A stretch of 63,967 nucleotides of DNA, filler included, from Blastocystis sp. subtype 4 (taxonomy: Eukaryota): NCBI RefSeq assembly GCF_000743755.1. It is 13 parts of 13 records of this genome, joined end to end, with 100 filler letters (N's around TTAATTAATTAA, not from the genome) between each part and the next. Parts side by side here need not be neighbours in the genome. Positions count along the whole stretch, not along the records: positions 1 to 4,270 come from NW_014569029.1; positions 4,371 to 8,624 come from NW_014569028.1; positions 8,725 to 13,110 come from NW_014569027.1; 10 more parts are not named here. The stretch is one strand, 5' to 3'. Below the pieces are notes generated by a model. The model saw only the letters and a program-made list of their open reading frames with translations, made no database searches and was not told the origin of the DNA. Both the position numbers and the translations under genes were made by a program. Numbering within the stretch: the stretch's first letter is position 1; the number at the start of each line of letters is the position of its first letter. Below are positions 1 to 13,210 of this stretch, in pieces.

Positions 1-803
1 TTTCATATTCTCATTCTCTTTCAAATCATCTCTATTTCATTCATATGTTATCATATTCACTTCTATCATCAATACTCTTATCAATAGTGTTTCAAACAAC
101 TATCTTCATTCATTGAATAGAGAGATTCTCAAATATAACAATCAATATCAATTGAGATAATCATCATGAAATCAATTTGATGAGGATCTGAATGAGAGAA
201 AGAGTGATCAATGAGATAGACTTGACAATTGAGAATCAACAAATCGAACTATTCATCCTTATTGAATCCAACAACAGAATGATACTATTACAAACAATAG
301 GAGTAGTCTCATTTGTTCAAAACGTAGTTGGACATTGTTACTGGATGAATAGTACGGTTGATAGAGAGGCGATAATCGGCATCATAGTCAATCCTTCGTT
401 TATTCAATAGTCGTTAGAATTATCGAGTTTTATCAACTCTATTGAAGTATAATTTATAAGTGTGAGATATTCCAAGACGATGGGTGACTAGTAACAAGTT
501 CTAATAACCATAAACAATACCTATTATCAGACCTACGCCTATTGGAACCGTTATCATCCTATGTTTAGTTCATCCAATACCTCACAAAAGTGACGATGCT
601 GCTGCTTATCATTATCCTCCTGGAAATGAAGAGCCTCAGGCCTCTCATATCCAAACAAATCACCTTTCAATAATACTCCTTCCATCTACATTCAATCAGC
701 AGTCTCATTCTCAACTAATACACTCAAATCCATATCAGTCAATTCTTATTCTTTCAATATAATTATTGAAGAAAATACTGAATTGGTATTAGAGGTGGGA
801 AAA

Positions 804-842
804 GGAGAATGAAGTGGAAAGAGTACTTGAAAGAGAGTGTAT
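804..842 (+). repeat. Dispersed repeat fragment, identical to 24012-24050
   Basis: GGAGAATGAAGTGGAAAGAGTACTTGAAAGAGAGTGTAT occurs in both contigs, in purine-rich degenerate DNA. Confidence 0.85.
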
Positions 843-1132
843 TGAATAATAATAAGAATTGTATGTTGAATTTGAATGTTGATAAAGAAGAAATGAGAGG
901 AGTATGTAAGAGAGGAGAAGAAGTGATAGAAGTGAAAGAGAATGAGAATGAAGTGGAATTGATGATAGTGAATGTATGAATCATTCAGCGTCTTCGGTAC
1001 TATCCATAGGGCAACACAATGCTTTCAACAATACTAATACAGAAGAATCTTAAGTAGTAGGTTGTTTCTACCTATTCTCCATACAGTTCTATCCACGAAT
1101 GAACTATGTAAATTTGTAAACAAATATCTAAA

Positions 1133-2193
1133 TTAGTGTACATATTCCCCATCCCACAAATCCTTCCAATCCAAAGGACTTGGAAGCAAGAAAGATCGGC
1201 GAGCATATCGGCATCCCTTATCTAATTGTCGGATTTGCAACATTTCCTCAGGAGACAAAGTAAAATCAAATACATCAAAGTTCTCATCGATACGACTTGG
1301 CGTCACAGACTTTGGAATGCACACAGTACCACGTTGGATAGCCCAACGAATCATAATCTGGGCACATGATTTGTTGTGATTCTTTGCAATCTCCTTAATC
1401 ACTGGATCATCCATAGGGGACATATCCGTAATAGAACGAGTTGATACTGCTCCTCCTAAAGGATAGAATGCCATCAAATAGATTCCATTCTGGTCACAAA
1501 CATCCTTCACTTCCCACTGCTGAAGATATGGATGCAACTCCACTTGGTTGACGGCAGGCTTGATTGTTGCAAACTCCAACAAGTCCTTAATACGTTTTCC
1601 AGAAAAATTGGACACACCAATAGATCTGACTTTTCCCTACAAATAAGTCCTTCCCGAAAAAACCGACTTGTCTACAAACATCTTCCATACCACTCCACAA
1701 CTCTTTCATATTCTCCACTTTGTAACCAAGACGGTACTTTGGATCATCAGCAGGAAGATTATCATAGTCAAAGAAATAACCTTCTCTTCTTTTCTTATCC
1801 TGTTCAGGCGTCAAATTAAAGAATACACTCTGATGAATCAACAGAAGATCGATTGTATCCAATTGCAATTCTTCGAGCATTACATCCACAGCGTGCTTTA
1901 CATCCTCCTTATGCCAGTCATACAACCAAACCTTTGTACAGATGAAAAGATCGCTTCGTTTCACAATTCCTTCACGAATACACTTCTGAATGGCTTCTCC
2001 AACTTCTTTATGATTCTTATATGCAACAGCAGTATCAATGAGACGGTATCCATCTTTAATAGCTCTTTCGACTGCAAGTGCACACGAATTGTTCTGAGAA
2101 AGGTACGTTCTAGTAATAAGGTCAATCTCCTGTACATTACCCAAGTCCCAGAATGGGCATCTTAATACCATTATTGAGGATCACAGAGTTCAT
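1133..2193 (-). CDS. Aldo-keto reductase (2 short introns)
   Basis: MNSVILNNGIKMPILGLG, GYRLIDTAVAY, FICTKVW, GKVRSIGVSNF, NQVELHPY, IRWAIQRG..IPKS motifs. Confidence 0.95.
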
Positions 2194-2471
2194 TCTTCAC
2201 AATCAAATAATAAATGAGTTGGCTATTTCTGCTTTTCCATGTTTGAATGAAACGCCCAATCCTTGTGTCAAAGAATAAAACGAGCCGTCTTTGCTATAGA
2301 TCATGTCTGTATGGTGTATTTTTTGTAAGGTGGAACTTTGAAAATGAATGCTACCTTTGGAAACAATTGGTAGCATGGTGGGTTGTTCTTTAGTACTCTC
2401 TCTTCAAATTGTTTTCTTACTTATTCCAATCGGTGGAAACATTATTTGACTCTAACAAAGATCGCACAGCA

Positions 2472-4196
2472 TTACTGGGATGAATCTACTAGTTTTACCA
2501 TTTCAGCTTCATTCGCTTCCATCTCTTCATTGCTAGGTCTCACCATTATCCTGCTATACCAATCTGAAAGCAACTTCATTGAAGAAGCTCCTCGACGCAA
2601 AATTGGCACTTCACTTGAATCTTCTAGTTCTAAACTGTCTCCTTCATCTGTTGATTCCGGTTCCTGCAACAACGTGCGCTTGAAATCCATAAACTTAGAA
2701 AGAGGACAGGATAACACAATATGCTGCATTACAGAGATCCAAATCATACATAACGACAATCGCATCATTAGCATAACCTGATTATTCTCAAGAAGTTCAC
2801 CTTCAGCCCGTGCTGTTAAGGTAAATGATACAGACCCACGATAGACAAGGAAAAGAACAAACACCTAAACATGAAATACGCAGCATGCAGCAACATGATT
2901 GTGATTAAGAAGAGTACGATGAGGTTCGAGCCATTTCACAAAGGTATCCATCACACCTGTAACCGCAGCGTACCGACATAAATATACAACAATCACAAAA
3001 AGAAGCAAGGCACGTTTGTTAATATCAAAAGGATGAATGTTGAAGGAAATCATGCCTAAAACAAGGAATGAGCACATCTCGGAAAGAAAACCCAGAAAGC
3101 GAATCATCTTCAGTACAAAAGAACGAGTATATAAAGGTAACTAGAATGATAGTTCAAAAGGATATGTATCAGGATTTAAATTATATTGTGTATAGGAAGA
3201 CATCATAAATCCACACACACGAATGGCTATAGAACTCGAAACATGAAGTCCCTCAGCAAGCATATAAGCCATAATAGGAACTGAAAAGAAGAGAGCAACT
3301 TGAAGGATACCGACTCCCTTTCCATCAAAATAGAGTGTACGAAACAGCAACGTAGCTACAGATCCTATTCCTATTCCTATTCCAAAAGACATCACTAAAA
3401 ACGAGAGAAAGTAATTGATTCCTTCGATGATATGGATACCGTCAACAACCGTAATCTGAAGTTCGATAACCGTTCGAAACATTAAAATAGAAATAACTTC
3501 AGAAATAATCGTCTCACCTTCTAAAATGGCAAGGATGCGAGGACTACAACCAAATGACCTAAGAAGAGGAATCATGAATGCTGAATCCGATGCAGCCATT
3601 GAAGAAGCAAACGCCAGAGTGTTCCAAAATGTAAATGGACGCAAACCAAACACAGAAGGAAGATTGGAAAACAGAAATGTAAAAAGAAAGATGAATAGCA
3701 ATGACACAAAAACAGAGAGGACAGTAATTGACTTTACATTCCGTAGGAACACTGGGGCATTAAGCGAAAACCTAAAATTCACATCTTGGTCACCACAACA
3801 ATACCCTGATTGAAACATTTGTAAAGGTAGAAAGCAAAGATTCAAAAGAGACGTATACATCGAATGATCCTCCTCCATTGTTCGATGATACTTGGAAGAT
3901 AATTTAAAAACAATGAATTTCTGTAAAAAGTAACCGGCAGCAAGATACACAGCAACAGAAGGAAACCAAGAAACTCTCTTTTCAATCACTATTCTACGAT
4001 ATTAAGATCCAAATATTAGCATCAACGAAAGGATAAGACACAAGATGACGGCAATGAGCGCATAAGCAAGAAAAAACGAGTCTTTTTCATCTTCTTGCAT
4101 ATGCTCGGTGACATTTTGAACGATGCTCCGAATGACACTGTCATTCACCACCACCGTCGAATTCATGAAACAAACACTATCATTTTGTAATTTCAT
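2472..4196 (-). CDS. Na+/H+ exchanger (CPA1/NHX-like), spliced; 3' end approximate
   Basis: Multi-TM protein with FLPLQMFQSGY, FASSMAASD, ILEGETIISE, YMLAEGLHVSS and RGSVSFTL motifs. Confidence 0.85.
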
Positions 4197-4270
4197 TCTT
4201 TCCGTTTTCTGCGTTTGGCTTCGGTGATATGTTGATTTTGATATTGGATAGTATCAGTATCTTTGATTCC

Positions 4271-4370
4271 NNNNNNNNNNNNNNNNNNNNNNNNNNNNNN
4301 NNNNNNNNNNNNNNTTAATTAATTAANNNNNNNNNNNNNNNNNNNNNNNNNNNNNNNNNNNNNNNNNNNN
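4271..4370. other. Artificial contig-joining linker (N44-TTAATTAATTAA-N44). The same 100-bp linker is at 8625-8724, 13111-13210, 19725-19824, 24051-24150, 28358-28457, 32658-32757, 36943-37042, 41766-41865, 49298-49397, 56543-56642 and 60700-60799
   Basis: Identical six-frame-stop palindrome flanked by N runs; genes are truncated at these points. Confidence 0.98.
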
Positions 4371-4396
4371 AATGTAATGAGAGAGTAAATGTGTAG

Positions 4397-4468
4397 TTCT
4401 ACACTCTTGTACAGGTTGTTGATGTTCCTCACTTCCATGGACTTCAGACCAAGACCGTTGAGGAATAA
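4397..4468 (+). CDS. RPL31: 60S ribosomal protein L31, last exon only
   Basis: After a TGTAG acceptor: FYTLVQVVDVPHFHGLQTKTVEE*, resembling the eL31 C-terminus. Confidence 0.7.
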   Translation, partial: FYTLVQVVDVPHFHGLQTKTVEE

Positions 4469-4526
4469 AACCAATGAGTCGTATTTTGGAGAGGATACTA
4501 GTCTGTTTGATTCACACAAACAGTAC

Positions 4527-5121
4527 ATTTTGTAAAAGAAGTGATTGTTGGTTTTTCAATTTTGATGTAGTCATCACACTTCATTTTTAATGTATGTGTT
4601 CTCAAGCCCTAATAGATCACACCATGATTCTTCTCTTACGCAATTAAAGTATATTATATCACCTTGCTCTTGTAGAGATACGTCCATAAAGGTAGGAATA
4701 GGACTCTCTCCAAGAACACTTCCAAATGGCGGAACTGCTCCTGAAAGACATCCCGTAATAGTCGGTACTTCTTCCAATGGTACAAATTCCACACGACCAA
4801 CAACCTTCTTGACAAGTTTCCAATCAATCTGCTTGCTTGCACTCATCACAAGAAGCCATATCCCCTTCTTTCCTTTTACTAGAATAGCCTTGGCCCCACT
4901 TTCCAAAGGCGAATTACGGATTTCTGCAGCCTTATGATGACATCAGCACTAAACCATTACCTCAGCAGAAGTCTTTGCAGGCCTATGGACCATTTCTTCA
5001 TAAGCAACGTTGTTATCTTTCAACAGTTTAATTACTTTGTTATAGGTTTCAGGTGTTTCAACTACTCTAGCTTATCAATTACGACATATCCAAACTCTTC
5101 TTGAGGATCACTTTCACTCAT
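4527..5121 (-). CDS. YbaK/ProX-type aminoacyl-tRNA editing domain protein; stop apparently completed by polyadenylation
   Basis: SGAKAILVK, GCLSGAVPPFG, spliced FNCGLRTHTLKMKCDDY; ends K-T(AA) 4 nt before TGTTTGTG. Confidence 0.88.
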
Positions 5122-6011
5122 GATGATGGACAAAAATAAAAATACCAATACTCATAACACTATATACTTTTCCAAAAACAAACAGACAATAGTTAACAAT
5201 CTTGTTAATACATCCGTTCAAATAGACCAATTATTTGTGTACCAATAATATACTACATAAAGACCTCATCTTTCAATCCATTCGACCTAAACGACCATGC
5301 ATCGTTCTGTACTGGACTCTTTGCTTTAGATATCAATTCGACACATACATTAGAGGTAGGACAACTGAAATCAGTATCAGAATCAGTCCAAATGACCAAG
5401 CAGTGATACTCACTTCTCCTTTTGCAATACCTATTACTTCGCTCTTTAGATTGAACAAACTAAAAATATTCGTACACTGTCTACCATTCCTAGTATGCTT
5501 AATCAACAAATGACTCTTTTACTACTCGTTCAATTCCACTTTTTGATTTCAGATAACTGAAGCATAATATTCAATAAACAATTACTTGAATCAACGTCAT
5601 GTATCACAACAAACAGCACAAGGTTAGATTTGTTTACTCTACTAGCAATCATTATCTTCATTCAATAGATTTCCTTCCTTGATCTGTAGAAAAGGTATGA
5701 GTGACTTTTAACTCCATGAAAATCTTAATCTCACATTAGCTCCCCAAATAGCAGAATCACAAGTCATTTACTAAACTGATTCCAATTCACTCACATCTTT
5801 TCAAGATGATAATATAGAATTCTTCTATTTAGACTCATTTTAAAACTATTCTCCAAATTCATTCATTCTTTCGACATCCTCTTGTTCTCCGTTGATTCAC
5901 TCGCATTCCATTATTCAATGTAGTTCACAGAAGTAGAATGTACCACTACCCCCATCTATGAAAGAGAAGAGTTCATTCAAATTGTTTTTGTCAGTTTTCG
6001 AGTCACTGAGA

Positions 6012-6548
6012 ATGGCTGACGGTCCTATTCTCTTCGAGGAGATTTTTGAAGTTAGAAGCGTGAATCCTGATGGAAAGGCATTCGAAAAGGGTTGAGAGAA
6101 TGGTAATTCGATTGATCTGTAGTTACTCGATTTGCTGCAACTTCGATGACGTACAACATGGAAATGCTGATCGATATCAACACGGATATATATCCTTTGA
6201 AGGGAAACGACAAGTTCACACTTGCTTTGGCAAGTACTTTATACAGAGACAATCGTCCTGATCCAGGTGTCTATACAGACTATTCAAAAGAGGTAATCGA
6301 TAGTGTAGAACGATTAGGGTATAGAATACGTTAATGGATGACTATGAATATTGTATGTATGGAAAGGTATTCAAGTATCAATACAAAGATAATGGAAAGA
6401 TGTTGGGTGTAGAGGTTGGTTTTAAGGTTGTAGTTTGATCTATATCTCGTATGGTGGATTGCTGATGAGTCTAGAAGGAGAAATGAAGCACATTGAGAAG
6501 GTGAAGTATGGTGATCGTGTGTATTGTCTGATTCGAACAATCAAATAA
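6012..6548 (+). CDS. RPB8: RNA polymerases I/II/III shared subunit RPABC3 (spliced)
   Basis: ILFEEIFEV..VNPDGKAFEK, LIDINTDIYPL, MDDYEYCMYGKVFKY, SYGGLLMSLEG. Confidence 0.95.
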
Positions 6549-6549
6549 A

Positions 6550-7973
6550 GTATCGTATCTTTATCTTGCTTCTTTGTTCTATTCACCGTTTGGTTTTCTT
6601 TCGTTTTGACTACACATCAGTCTTTCCATTCTCACTTACGTCATTTTTATTTTCATGAGTTGTCCATCGCTTCACAGGTGTATCAGGAATCGGTAGGAGA
6701 CCATGATCAGCTTCACATTTCTATTCTCATATTCTCTTCAACTCACCTACTATCGCCATTAAAAGAACCACAATCTTCTGTTTTAACAAAAACAGTTTCA
6801 TTCGAGTCTCATAAGAGAGGTTTTGAAGATTGGCCAACTTCAGCTCCTCCACGATATGTCGATATTCCTCTCGCAAATCTCGACCCATCTCAAATTCTGC
6901 TTTCTATTCTTACAACCATTCCTTTCTCTTACATGACACTGACTTGCTAGAAATACTCCTGATCGAGGTAATGGAACACTCTTGAATTCTTCCTCTCATT
7001 TTTCATCTTATCTCCTACTCATCACATTTGATATCGTTTGTTTCATCACTTCTGGAGATATCCGAGGTCCATAAGAACGACGACTATCTGGCTATACATC
7101 ATACCTTCAACACATTCATACAGAACCAATCAATGTTAACTTCTCCTGAATTGTCTTGAGTCGTTGTTGCATCTGTTTCTCTTCCACTTGACTCAGTCCA
7201 GGAGATCGAAACAGGATATCCAGTTGTCGTCTTCGCACAATACTACTCTCAACATCGTATCTATTCGTTACCATCTCACTCCTTCTCTACCGATATCGCA
7301 AATACTCCTCTTCTTCTTCACTTAACTTTTGACCCAAATTACGACGACGATCTAAGATGGTGTTTGTGATCTCGAGAAACACCATTTGACAATCTTCCAA
7401 AGAAAACTGCTTGGCTGAAAATCGATCCATAATCACTGGCCAACGCAAATCATATCTAGACTCAACTCAATCCAACAATCACACTCTCTACACAGACGGA
7501 ATAACTCATCCGAATGTTCTCGAGTCCAATTGGAAGGAGTATCAAAGAGACAATCATCAAACTCTTCAGCTACACTTCATATCAAACCCCATAAATACGT
7601 GTATATGTTATCACATTGATTTTAATATTGAATCGAGCAAATGGATAGTCAGGATATTCCACAGTACTTCGAACCCAATGTCGGAATGATACACCATCTG
7701 TTCGAGCCGAACTTTTGAATTCCTTATAGGACCATCTCTGAGCTGGTTCTTTCGATATCACAATCTCTGAAGAATCAACAGAAACAACAAAACCACACTC
7801 TTCTTCTCTTCAAACACAAAATCTGGAGGTGGATTACTTTCACTCACCAAATCACGCAAATATCGAGGAAGAGTAGCATAAGGATCCTTCTTTGTCTCTT
7901 TCTTTGATTTCTTTGTTTCCTTTGGAATTTCCTCACTCTTGTCAATTCCAAGGATATCAACAATATCGGACAT
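6550..7973 (-). CDS. DMAP1/SWC4(Eaf2)-like SANT-domain chromatin protein (spliced; 3' end approximate)
   Basis: MSDIVDILGI start, WSYKEFKSSARTDGVSFRHW..DYPFARFN, WTREHSDELFRLC. Confidence 0.75.
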
Positions 7974-8049
7974 CCCTTCTTGACAATGAGAAAACTGACT
8001 CAATTCATTATTTCATTCCTATTTGACGCAAAGTGTAGAATTGGATTTC

Positions 8050-8624
8050 ATGAGTTCCACAGACACTGTAGGAAGAGAAGAAATGTTGTTCAATGTGAAG
8101 AGTCTCAAACGATCTCAGCCAGCATCTTCAGATCAGGAATCATCAAATTCAACAGAAAAGAAAACAAAGATAACAAAAGCAAATGATTTGAAAACAGTGA
8201 TGGAACGAGTGAACGTATTTCTGGTTTCAATAGATTCGAATGATGATGTATAGGGTGATGATAAGAAATTCAAAAAGGCATGTCCTATCTATCAAAAGAT
8301 CCTCCAAGAACGTAGCATGGATCCATCCTTGAGTGATGAGGATCGTGAATTATTGTTTTCAGGCATTCGAAGAGTTATTTTGTCTGTGGAAGTGTTGTTC
8401 TGTTCTTCAAATTGGGAATCACTCTCTTCTCTCTTCACCTATCTTGTATCAAATCCATCTCTCTGGACTTCCTTTCAGATGGTATGTGTTTGAGTGTGTC
8501 CTGAAGAGTAGAGTTGGTTGAAACGTTGGAAGGATCTACTGATGATAGTGAAGACAATCGATAGTGATGACTCGTTTCAAATAGCTACACTTCACAGAAC
8601 CCTTGATTCGTTGATTGTGTTATG
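8050..8624 (+). CDS. Hypothetical protein, truncated by contig end
   Basis: ORF segments joined by ~30-nt GT-AG introns; divergent from the SWC4-like gene. Confidence 0.45.
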
Positions 8625-9012
8625 NNNNNNNNNNNNNNNNNNNNNNNNNNNNNNNNNNNNNNNNNNNNTTAATTAATTAANNNNNNNNNNNNNNNNNNNN
8701 NNNNNNNNNNNNNNNNNNNNNNNNGTTTCGATGATTATCTATCAATGCTTGAATCCAAATTGAGACTATCAACACCACTTGTATCTATTGATCAACGATC
8801 TGACAAATATGTTCAATTCAACTCTTCACAATACATCAAGTTTGTTCGTGATCAATCCAATCTCAATAGTTGGTTCAATGATATCAATCAGCACTTTGAA
8901 ACATATGATGGTAAAACAATGTTGTCTGGTACTTCAAGATGTTATACAAAGTGGATTTGGATATATCAGGAGTAATGAATCCTAGGAAATTGATTGTTTC
9001 CCAACCAACATT

Positions 9013-10165
9013 TCATGCTGGACGAATAAAGGATGAATGACATCGACAAAGAGCAGATCCAAAGGCTCCATATGAACTGCCCATTGTGAATACAATAGAT
9101 TTGGATCGTGACAAGACAATCAAATCATATATTGCTCCTTCCATATTCTCAAGTGAATTACTACCAGAGAAGAAAGAAGAAGAATGACCTCTTTTCATGG
9201 AACTCATATGAGTAACAACACAACTGGTATTGAGATGAGTTGATATATAGTCAATTGCAGGATTCGAATCACTTGAAAGATAAATGGAACAATTTGGATG
9301 AGGTTTAGCATAGTCTTCTATCAGATGAATAATCATTGGAAACTGAGATTCTTGAAGAAAGACCTTCTTCTCATTGCTATTAGCCGCTTTCCCTCCCATT
9401 CTGAATTGAAAGGCATATTGTTGATCACGAATACTAATCGGGAATTCTTGATTCGCTTTACATACAATTCTCATTCGAGGTCTGAAAATCAATCGAGAAA
9501 AGGAGTAATAGAAACGATCAATATCTCTCGAACTGTTCACATAGCCTTTTGAAACAAGCAAATTGATTCCATCTGGTTTCTTTAGTTTTGCTATTGAATC
9601 TATTTGACTTGTAATCACTAGAGTCTCATTTAGATGACTCTTCATTTTTGTCACACTCCATGACATGTATTCAAACTGGGACACCTCACGAATAGTGGTT
9701 GGAAGATCTATTCATTTCATTGTACTATCACAAAACATGAATTCCATTCTTCTTGAAAATGCCTCTTTTAGATTGTTGTTTTTGACTATTCAATGAAACC
9801 TATTCAAAGGAAGCACTTCGTAAACCAAAGTTCAATACTTCAGATAGAACAACCATTCCTCGAATTCCCTGAAGATAATTGGCTAAACCACAGAAAGGAT
9901 TGAAAGTGAGATAGACAATAGGTTTGTCCATTCTCCTCTGAAAAGCAAGATACTCTTCAAATCGAGAATCTGTATCTATGATCAACAATCATCAACAATC
10001 AATACAATCATCGAAGATTTGACACTCTTTTCGAGAAACCTATTGATCTCATTCTACAACATTCAATACCAGATTATCCTTTGACAAAGCTGTTAATCCC
10101 ATTTTCATTGTCTTGGAAGAGAGAATAGTAAAGAACAGAACAACAAGAATAACAACTAATGACAT
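9013..10165 (-). CDS. Fucosyltransferase-like GT-B enzyme (GT23/NodZ/GT37-like); start approximate
   Basis: N-terminal TM anchor, GLANYLQG, AFQFRMGG, IYLSSDS, DLIVLSRSKSIVFTMGSSYG. Confidence 0.7.
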
Positions 10166-10328
10166 AGAATAATTGGATAATGAGGACAATAATCCTAATT
10201 CTCTTTCTTCTTCAATCCCTCTTCCTGAAATCTCAACATAGTATGAATTGAATAACTGATAACATCAAGCTNNNNNNNNNNNNNNNNNNNNNNNNNNNNN
10301 NNNNNNGCTCTTTCATCACTCTTTGTGA

Positions 10329-11355
10329 ATGCTCCTGTCAATAGTATCGATTCTATTGTTCATTGAATCCACAGAGTATGATTACGATAATATCATCTAT
10401 CCTGTTCCATTCAACAATCTTGTTCAGAATCGATCTCTTCGATATAAAGACTTTGATATCCCAAGACAAGAGTTTCCTTCATTTGTCAGATATGGTAAGA
10501 TACAACCAGCTCTGAATCGAGAGACAGAGTTTGTAGTAGTCACTGGAGCTTCAGATAATCATGCTCTTTCACTTATTAGCTTTCTGTATTCAACTCTTCT
10601 AGCATGTCCTCAATCTCCTCTCGTTATTGTTGATTATGGATTAAGTAGCAAATCATTGACTGGTTTGTGGGGAAATGTGAGTCAGATTTACTCCATCCGA
10701 CAACAACTAGGTAGTTTTGCTCCAATCTATTATCGCAAATTCAACTTTGACAATTTCCCCAAATGGTTTCAATTGAATACACCTTCTAGAGGAGGTTATG
10801 CTTGGAAGGTTGTGTCAATCTATGATGTTCTAACAGAATTCAAGGGTCTTGTAGTGTGGTCTGATGCTGGAAATGTCTTTAACAATCTTGGAGTGGAAAT
10901 CCAAAGAACCAGAAGAAATGGATTCTTCTCTGGTCAAGCAGGTCATAGTGTTGGAGTTCTAACACACGATAGTACTTATCAATTCATTGAAGAAATGGGA
11001 TGGAAAACCAATGTTCGCTCGATCAAAGATAAACGAAGCTGTAATGGAGCAAATCTCTTCTTTGATTATTGGAATAATACTGTAATGACTAATGTGGTAT
11101 ATCCATATGTGAAATGTTCATATACGAAAAGATGTATTGATCCAAATGGAAGTAATCGAAGAAATCATAGACAAGATCAATCAATCATATCCATCTTTGT
11201 TCATCTATTTGGTGTTGAGCAAGCTTGTAGTGTTCAATATGGTACAACAACTCAATTCCATCGGGATTATGAGTTCTATGGAATAGGATATGGAACTAAC
11301 AATAAACTCATTCAGATGTTAAGTGAGAAGTATAATATAACTGTGAATATCTTCT
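10329..11355 (+). CDS. DUF1647-like putative glycan-modifying membrane-anchored protein; stop apparently completed by polyadenylation
   Basis: VVTGASDNH, GGYAWK, VWSDAG, CSYTKRCIDPNGSNRRNHRQDQS; ends F-T(AA) 4 nt before TGTTTGTT. Confidence 0.75.
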
Positions 11356-11437
11356 ATCATGTTTGTTTATTAGATTCAGTTGAATGTTCAACACAAATAC
11401 ATAAGAAAGCATTNNNNNNNNNNNNNNNNNNNNNNNN

Positions 11438-12357
11438 TTCTCATTTCTATCTTTCTTCTTGTTTCAACTGTTGAGAATCATGAAAACTGGATCAATGTAT
11501 CACGAATGGGAATGAAAGAACATATCGCTTTTCCTGTTGAAGTGAAGCGAGGTCTTCGATTGAGAAGTGGAAAGAAATACCTTATAACAGTAGCGATTAC
11601 TGATGATTCTCCTCATCTGAGAGAGAAGGTGAAGACAACAATTGATATGCTTTCACTTTATCAGAAGTACTATCGAATCAAACCTGTCATCTTTTCACAA
11701 AGTGATGCTGTTTTGGATTATGCTACTCACAAGAAAGTGACTGTGATTTCNGAAACGATATCGATCTCTTCTCTATGGATATATGAACAGTGATATTCTG
11801 ATGGATCCTTTGATCTTCTCTGCTATTGATCAAATGGATATGCTTCACAAGAAAACGAACATTCCAGTATTCTAATGAGGATGATTTGTGAATAGATTCT
11901 ATTTGCTTCCAGAGTCTATGAAGTGCCTCTTCAGAACATTTCTCTCTCCTTTACAAATATCAAATCTTTTCAGAAATCCTATCATCGAATTCCTGTCACA
12001 ATTCCTCGTATCGTAGGAAGTGCTGTTTGGAATGAATTGTGGAATCAAGAATAGGATATNTTCCTCTATACAAGTGATGCTAAGTTCAATACAATTCCTG
12101 AAGCAGTGATAGGAAGGATGGCTATTGATAACATCGCTATTGCTCATGCAAAGAACAATCGAATGATTGTTGTAGATATCACAAATACAGGGAAACATAT
12201 TCATCAAGGAGTGGATCGATTCTCACGATTCAAACGAGAAGAGAAGGATATGAAATACAACATTCAGTTCTATAAGCGATACAAGTATTACACTAGTGTC
12301 ATGAGTAATGCTGACTTCATCTTCAACAACAAGACTGGTTTGATTGAACTCAAATGA
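11438..12357 (+). CDS. Putative glycosyltransferase-like protein (interrupted by Ns and an intron)
   Basis: Hydrophobic anchor, YMNSDILMD (DxD-like) and VIGRMAIDN motifs. Confidence 0.45.
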
Positions 12358-12413
12358 TATCTGTAACAAAACAACATGTATAGTGAATGAATCCTTGTTG
12401 TATCAAACAATGA

Positions 12414-13110
12414 TTATCCATTGATCACATCATCGAATGTTTTCACAGATTGACGGAATTGACGATAAGGAGGTTTCTTGGAAGATAATCGAGTTGCAGA
12501 ATGAGGAGGATTCATCTCTTTGATTAGAATGGATAGAATGGATTGTTCATATCGATGATTGAATCGATTCACTCCTTCAGGTCGAATACATTTCTTTGTG
12601 AAAGCACATTGATAGTATTTCATCAACACTTCATTCACAATTGTTTCATTCTTCATATTCACAATCACATAGGCTGATAGACAATTCGTTTCATTCACTT
12701 TCACTCTCTTCACAATCTCATTCTCTTCCAAGAATTCAATTGTTGTTGGATGAACCCATCGACCAATAGAATCAAGAGAAAGGAGAATAGATTCCTTCAT
12801 TCATTCCATATTCTCGATCCTTACTGAAAGATGGAGGTAATACAACACCAGTATCCAACCATACAACCATTCCATTCCATTCAAATGAAGCATCTACATA
12901 TCCAATAACTTTCCAACTGTATCCTCCTTTTGTTGCACATTCTGATAATGAGATCCATGTTGGAGCATTCTGAAATGAGAATCTTCTATAGTACACTATT
13001 ATGTTGGAATAATTCTTGTGAATCTGAGAAATGAATTGTGAGAAATCAATCAGATTGGTTTCAGAGAATCCATAATCGATGATTGTGATAGCATCAAATG
13101 AAACACTATT
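12414..13110 (-). CDS. Second DUF1647-like protein (5'-truncated; frame break near 12780)
   Basis: GGYSWKVIGY, VVWLDTG, CAFTKKCIRPEGVNRFNHRYEQS; paralogous to 10329-11355. Confidence 0.7.
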
Positions 13111-13210
13111 NNNNNNNNNNNNNNNNNNNNNNNNNNNNNNNNNNNNNNNNNNNNTTAATTAATTAANNNNNNNNNNNNNNNNNNNNNNNNNNNNNNNNNN
13201 NNNNNNNNNN

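Noticed and set aside
5122..6000. Short ORFs in AT-rich intergenic DNA (also 1-1100 and 16400-17030)
   Set aside because: Low complexity, no motifs and no consistent exon structure.
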